A stretch of DNA of 42,639 bases, from the NCBI GenBank assembly GCA_032718475.1, contig JAUCBJ010005499.1, forward strand, positions 1 through 42,639, in the 5' to 3' direction. Position 1 is the first letter of the stretch. Each line of letters begins with the position of its first letter. Shown piece by piece: positions 36,495-42,639 of the stretch. Origin of the DNA: Nemertoderma westbladi (Eukaryota; Animalia; Xenacoelomorpha). The notes below the pieces were generated by a model. The model was given only the letters and a program-made list of their open reading frames with translations. It did no database searches and was not told where the DNA came from. The position numbers and the translations under genes are program-made.

Positions 36495-39400
36495 ATTACA
36501 TGGTTATGATATATAGTAACTTATATAATGTAACAACTTACATCGTTATGTTTTATAGTAACTTATATAATGTAACAACTTACATCGTTATGTTTTATAG
36601 TAACTTATATAAAGTAACAACTTACATGGTTATATTATATAGTAACTTATATAATGTAACAACTTACATCGTTATGTTATATACTAACTTATATAATGTA
36701 ACAACTTACATCGTTATGTTTTATAGTAACTTATATAATGTAACAACTTACATCGTTATGTTTTATAGTAACTTATATAATGTAACAACTTACATGGTAA
36801 TGATATATAGTAACTTATATAATGTAACAACTTACATCGTTATGTTTTATAGTAACTTATATAATGTAACAACTTACATGGTTATGATATATAGTAACTT
36901 ATATAATGTAACAACTTACATCGTTATGTTATATAGTAACTTATATAATGTAACAACTTACATCGTTATGTTTTATAGTAACTTATATAATGTAACAACT
37001 TACATCGTTATGTTTTATAGTAACTTATATAATGTAACAACTTACATGGTAATGATATATAGTAACTTATATAATGTAACAACTTACATCGTTATGTTTT
37101 ATAGTAACTTATATAATGTAACAACTTACATGGTTATGATATATAGTAACTTATATAATGTAACAACTTACATCGTTATGTTTTATAGTAACTTATATAA
37201 TGTAACAACTTACATGGTAATGATATATAGTAACTTATATAATGTAACAACTTACATCGTTATGTTTTATAGTAACTTATATAATGTAACAACTTACATC
37301 GTTATGTTTTATAGTAACTTATATAATGTAACAACTTACATCGTTATGATATATAGTAACTTATATAATGTAACAACTTACATCGTTATGTTTTATAGTA
37401 ACTTATATAATGTAACAACTTACATCGTTAAGTTATATAGTAACTTATATAATGTAGCAACTTACATGGTTATATTATATAGTAACTTATATAATGTAAT
37501 AGCATACATAGTTATATTATAGTAACTTATATAATGTAACAACTTACATCGTTATGATATATAGTAACTTATATAATGTAACAACTTACATAGTTATGTT
37601 ATATAGTAACTTATATAATGTAACAACTTACATCGTTATGTTTTATAGTAACTTATATAATGTAACAACTTACATCGTTAAGTTATATAGTAACTTATAT
37701 AATGTAGCAACTTACATCGTTATGATATATAGTAACTTATATAATGTAACAACTTACATCGTTATGATATATAGTAACTTATATAATGTAACAACTTACA
37801 TCGTTATGATATATAGTAACTTATATAATGTAACAACTTACATCGTTATGTTTTATAGTAACTTATATAATGTAACAACTTACATCGTTATGTTTTATAG
37901 TAACTTATATAATGTAACAACTTACATGGTAATGATATATAGTAACTTATATAATGTAACAACTTACATCGTTATGTTTTATAGTAACTTATATAATGTA
38001 ACAACTTACATGGTTATGATATATAGTAACTTATATAATGTAACAACTTACATCGTTATGTTATATAGTAACTTATATAATGTAACAACTTACATCGTTA
38101 TGTTTTATAGTAACTTATATAATGTAACAACTTACATCGTTATGCTTTATTGTAACTTATATAATGTAACAACTTACATGGTAATGATATATAGTAACTT
38201 ATATAATGTAACAACTTACATCGTTATGTTTTATAGTAACTTATATAATGTAACAACTTACATGGTTATGATATATAGTAACTTATATAATGTAACAACT
38301 TACATCGTTATGTTTTATAGTAACTTATATAATGTAACAACTTACATGGTAATGATATATAGTAACTTATATAATGTAACAACTTACATCGTTATGTTTT
38401 ATAGTAACTTATATAATGTAACAACTTACATCGTTATGTTTTATAGTAACTTATATAATGTAACAACTTACATCGTTATGATATATAGTAACTTATATAA
38501 TGTAACAACTTACATAGTTATGTTATATAGTAACTTATATAATGTAACAACTTACATCGTTATGTTTTATAGTAACTTATATAATGTAACAACTTACATC
38601 GTTAAGTTATATAGTAACTTATATAATGTAACAACTTACATCGTTATATTATATAGTAACTGATATAATGTAACAACTTACATCGTTATGATATATAGTA
38701 ACTTATATAATGTAACAACTTACATCGTTATGATATATAGTAACTTATATAATGTAACAACTTACATCGTTAAGTTATATAGTAACTTATATAATGTAAC
38801 AACTTACATCGTTATATTATATAGTAACTGATATAATGTAACAACTTACATCGTTATGATATATAGTAACTTATATAATGTAACAACTTACATCGTTATG
38901 ATATATAGTAACTTATATAATGTAACAACTTACATCGTTAAGTTATATAGTAACTTATATAATGTAACAACTTACATCGTTATATTATATAGTAACTGAT
39001 ATAATGTAACAACTTACATCGTTATGATATATAGTAACTTATATAATGTAACAACTTACATCGTTATGATATATAGTAACTTATATAATGTAACAACTTA
39101 CATCGTTAAGTTATATAGTAACTTATATAATGTAACAACTTACATCGTTATATTATATAGTAACTGATATAATGTAACAACTTACATCGTTATGATATAT
39201 AGTAACTTATATAATGTAACAACTTACATCGTTATGATATATAGTAACTTATATAATGTAACAACTTACATCGTTAAGTTATATAGTAACTTATATAATG
39301 TAACAACTTACATCGTTATATTATATAGTAACTGATATAATGTAACAACTTACATCGTTATGATATATAGTAACTTATATAATGTAACAACTTACATCGT

Positions 39401-42400
39401 TATGATATATAGTAACTTATATAATGTAACAACTTACATGGTTATATTATATAGTAACTTATATAATGTAACAACTTACATCGTTATGATATATAGTAAC
39501 TTATATAATGTAACAACTTACATCGTTAAGTTATATAGTAACTTATATAATGTAGCAACTTACATAGTTATATTATATAGTAACTTATATAATGTAACAA
39601 CTTACATCGTTATGATATATAGTAACTTATATAATGTAACAACTTACATGGTTATATTATATAGTAACTTATATAATGTAATAGCATACATAGTTATATT
39701 ATATAGTAACTTATATAATGTAACAACTTACATCGTTAAGTTATATAGTAACTTATATAATGTAGCAACTTACATAGTTATATTATATAGTAACTTATAT
39801 AATGTAACAACTTACATCGTTATGATATATAGTAACTTATATAATGTAACAACTTACATGGTTATATTATATAGTAACTTATATTATATAATGTAACAAC
39901 TTACATAGTTATGATATATAGTAACTTATATAATGTAACAACTTACATCGTTAAGTTATATAGTAACTTATATAATGTAACAACTTACATCGTTATATTA
40001 TATAGTAACTGATATAATGTAACAACTTACATCGTTATGATATATAGTAACTTATATAATGTAACAACTTACATCGTTAAGTTATATAGTAACTTATATA
40101 ATGTAACAACTTACATCGTTATATTATATAGTAACTTATATAATGTAACAACTTACATCGTTATGATATATAGTAACTTATATAATGTAACAACTTACAT
40201 CGTTAAGTTATATAGTAACTTATATAATGTAACAACTTACATCGTTATATTATATAGTAACTTATATAATGTAACAACTTACATCGTTATGATATATAGT
40301 AACTTATATAATGTAACAACTTACATCGTTAAGTTATATAGTAACTTATATAATGTAGCAACTTACATAGTTATATTATATAGTAACTTATATAATGTAA
40401 CAACTTACATCGTTATGATATATAGTAACTTATATAATGTAACAACTTACATCGTTAAGCTATATAGTAACTTATATAATGTAACAACTTACATCGTTAT
40501 ATTATATAGTAACTTATATAATGTAACAACTTACATCGTTATGATATATAGTAACTTATATAATGTAACAACTTACATCGTTAAGTTATATAGTAACTTA
40601 TATAATGTAACAACTTACATCGTTATATTATATAGTAACTTATATAATGTAACAACTTACATCGTTATGATATATAGTAACTTATATAATGTAACAACTT
40701 ACATCGTTAAGTTATATAGTAACTTATATAATGTAGCAACTTACATAGTTATATTATATAGTAACTTATATAATGTAACAACTTACATCGTTATGATATA
40801 TAGTAACTTATATAATGTAACAACTTACATGGTTATATTATATAGTAACTTATATAATGTAATAGCATACATAGTTATATTATATAGTAACTTATATAAT
40901 GTAACAACTTACATCGTTAAGTTATATAGTAACTTATATAATGTAGCAACTTACATAGTTATATTATATAGTAACTTATATAATGTAACAACTTACATCG
41001 TTATGATATATAGTAACTTATATAATGTAACAACTTACATGGTTATATTATATAGTAACTTATATTATATAATGTAACAACCTACATAGTTATGATATAT
41101 AGTAACTTATATAATGTAACAACTTACATGGTTATATTATATAGTAACTTATATAATGTAATAGCATACATAGTTATATTATATAGTAACTTATATAATG
41201 TAACAACTTACATGGTTATATTATATAGTAACTTATATAATGTAACAACTTACATCGTTAAGTTATATAGTAACTTATATAATGTAACAACTTACATCGT
41301 TAAGTTATATAGTAACTTATATAATGTAGCAACTTACATGGTAATGATATATAGTAACTTATATAATGTAACAACTTACATCGTTATGTTTTATAGTAAC
41401 TTATATAATGTAACAACTTACATGGTTATGATATATAGTAACTTATATAATGTAACAACTTACATCGTTATGTTTTATAGTAACTTATATAATGTAGCAA
41501 CTTACATGGTAATGATATATAGTAACTTATATAATGTAACAACTTACATCGTTATGTTTTATAGTAACTTATATAATGTAACAACTTACATCGTTATGTT
41601 TTATAGTAACTTATATAATGTAACAACTTACATCGTTATGTTTTATAGTAACTTATATAATGTAACAACTTACATGGTAATGATATATAGTAACTTATAT
41701 AATGTAACAACTTACATCGTTATGTTTTATAGTAACTTATATAATGTAACAACTTACATGGTTATGATATATAGTAACTTATATAATGTAACAACTTACT
41801 CGTTATGTTTTATAGTAACTTATATAATGTAACAACTTACATGGTAATGATATATAGTAACTTATATAATGTAACAACTTACATCGTTATGTTTTATAGT
41901 AACTTATATAATGTAACAACTTACATCGTTATGTTTTATAGTAACTTATATAATGTAACAACTTACATCGTTATGATATATAGTAACTTATATAATGTAA
42001 CAACTTACATAGTTATGTTATATAGTAACTTATATAATGTAACAACTTACATCGTTATGTTTTATAGTAACTTATATAATGTAACAACTTACATGGTTAA
42101 GTTATATAGTAACTTATATAATGTAACAACTTACATCGTTATATTATATAGTAACTGATATAATGTAACAACTTACATCGTTATGATATATAGTAACTTA
42201 TATAATGTAACAACTTACATCGTTATGATATATAGTAACTTATATAATGTAACAACTTACATCGTTAAGTTATATAGTAACTTATATAATGTAACAACTT
42301 ACATCGTTATATTATATAGTAACTGATATAATGTAACAACTTACATCGTTATGATATATAGTAACTTATATAATGTAACAACTTACATCGTTATGATATA

Positions 42401-42639
42401 TAGTAACTTATATAATGTAACAACTTACATCGTTAAGTTATATAGTAACTTATATAATGTAATAGCATACATAGTTATATTATATAGTAACTGATATAAT
42501 GTAACAACTTACATCGTTATGATATATAGTAACTTATATAATGTAACAACTTACATCGTTATGATATATAGTAACTTATATAATGTAACAACTTACATCG
42601 TTAAGTTATATAGTAACTTATATAATGTAACAACTTACA
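36495..42639. repeat. 42-bp AT-rich satellite, distal block (more than 140 units, runs off the window)
   Basis: Same unit as 33103-34074; unit length divisible by 3 gives the spurious YSNLYNVTTYIVM ORFs. Confidence 0.98.

Noticed and set aside
36446-42158. YSNLYNVTTYIVM repeat proteins
   Set aside because: 42-bp satellite translation, with interspersed TGA variants and frameshifting indels.

Overview
AT-rich, repeat-dense eukaryotic (invertebrate animal-like) genomic DNA, not prokaryotic; no CRISPR, rRNA or tRNA is evident. Four host coding segments are supportable: the first coding exon of ZC3H14/Nab2 (minus strand), an intronless DEG/ENaC channel (plus), an intronless RMC1/C18orf8 (minus), and the terminal exon of a probable FGFR/RET-type receptor tyrosine kinase (minus). 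Much of the rest is tandem arrays (units of 58, 27, 39, 63, 28, ~29, 19, 50 and 42 bp), which explain nearly all the long repetitive ORFs, plus nested transposon relics: an RTE LINE split by a MITE, Sola-like, piggyBac, Tc1/mariner-like and foldback elements, two CRE-clade RLE retrotransposon fragments and an RTEX-like LINE end. I found no demonstrable new system. The best leads are clustered TA-N3/4-TA motifs that look like transposon excision scars, palindrome-bearing satellites growing inside or from DNA transposons, intronless genes sharing an upstream acceptor, an unusually Cys-rich DEG/ENaC, and a kinase-like tail with CTD-like repeats. Family names come from motif recognition, not database searches; coordinates and copy numbers were counted by hand.
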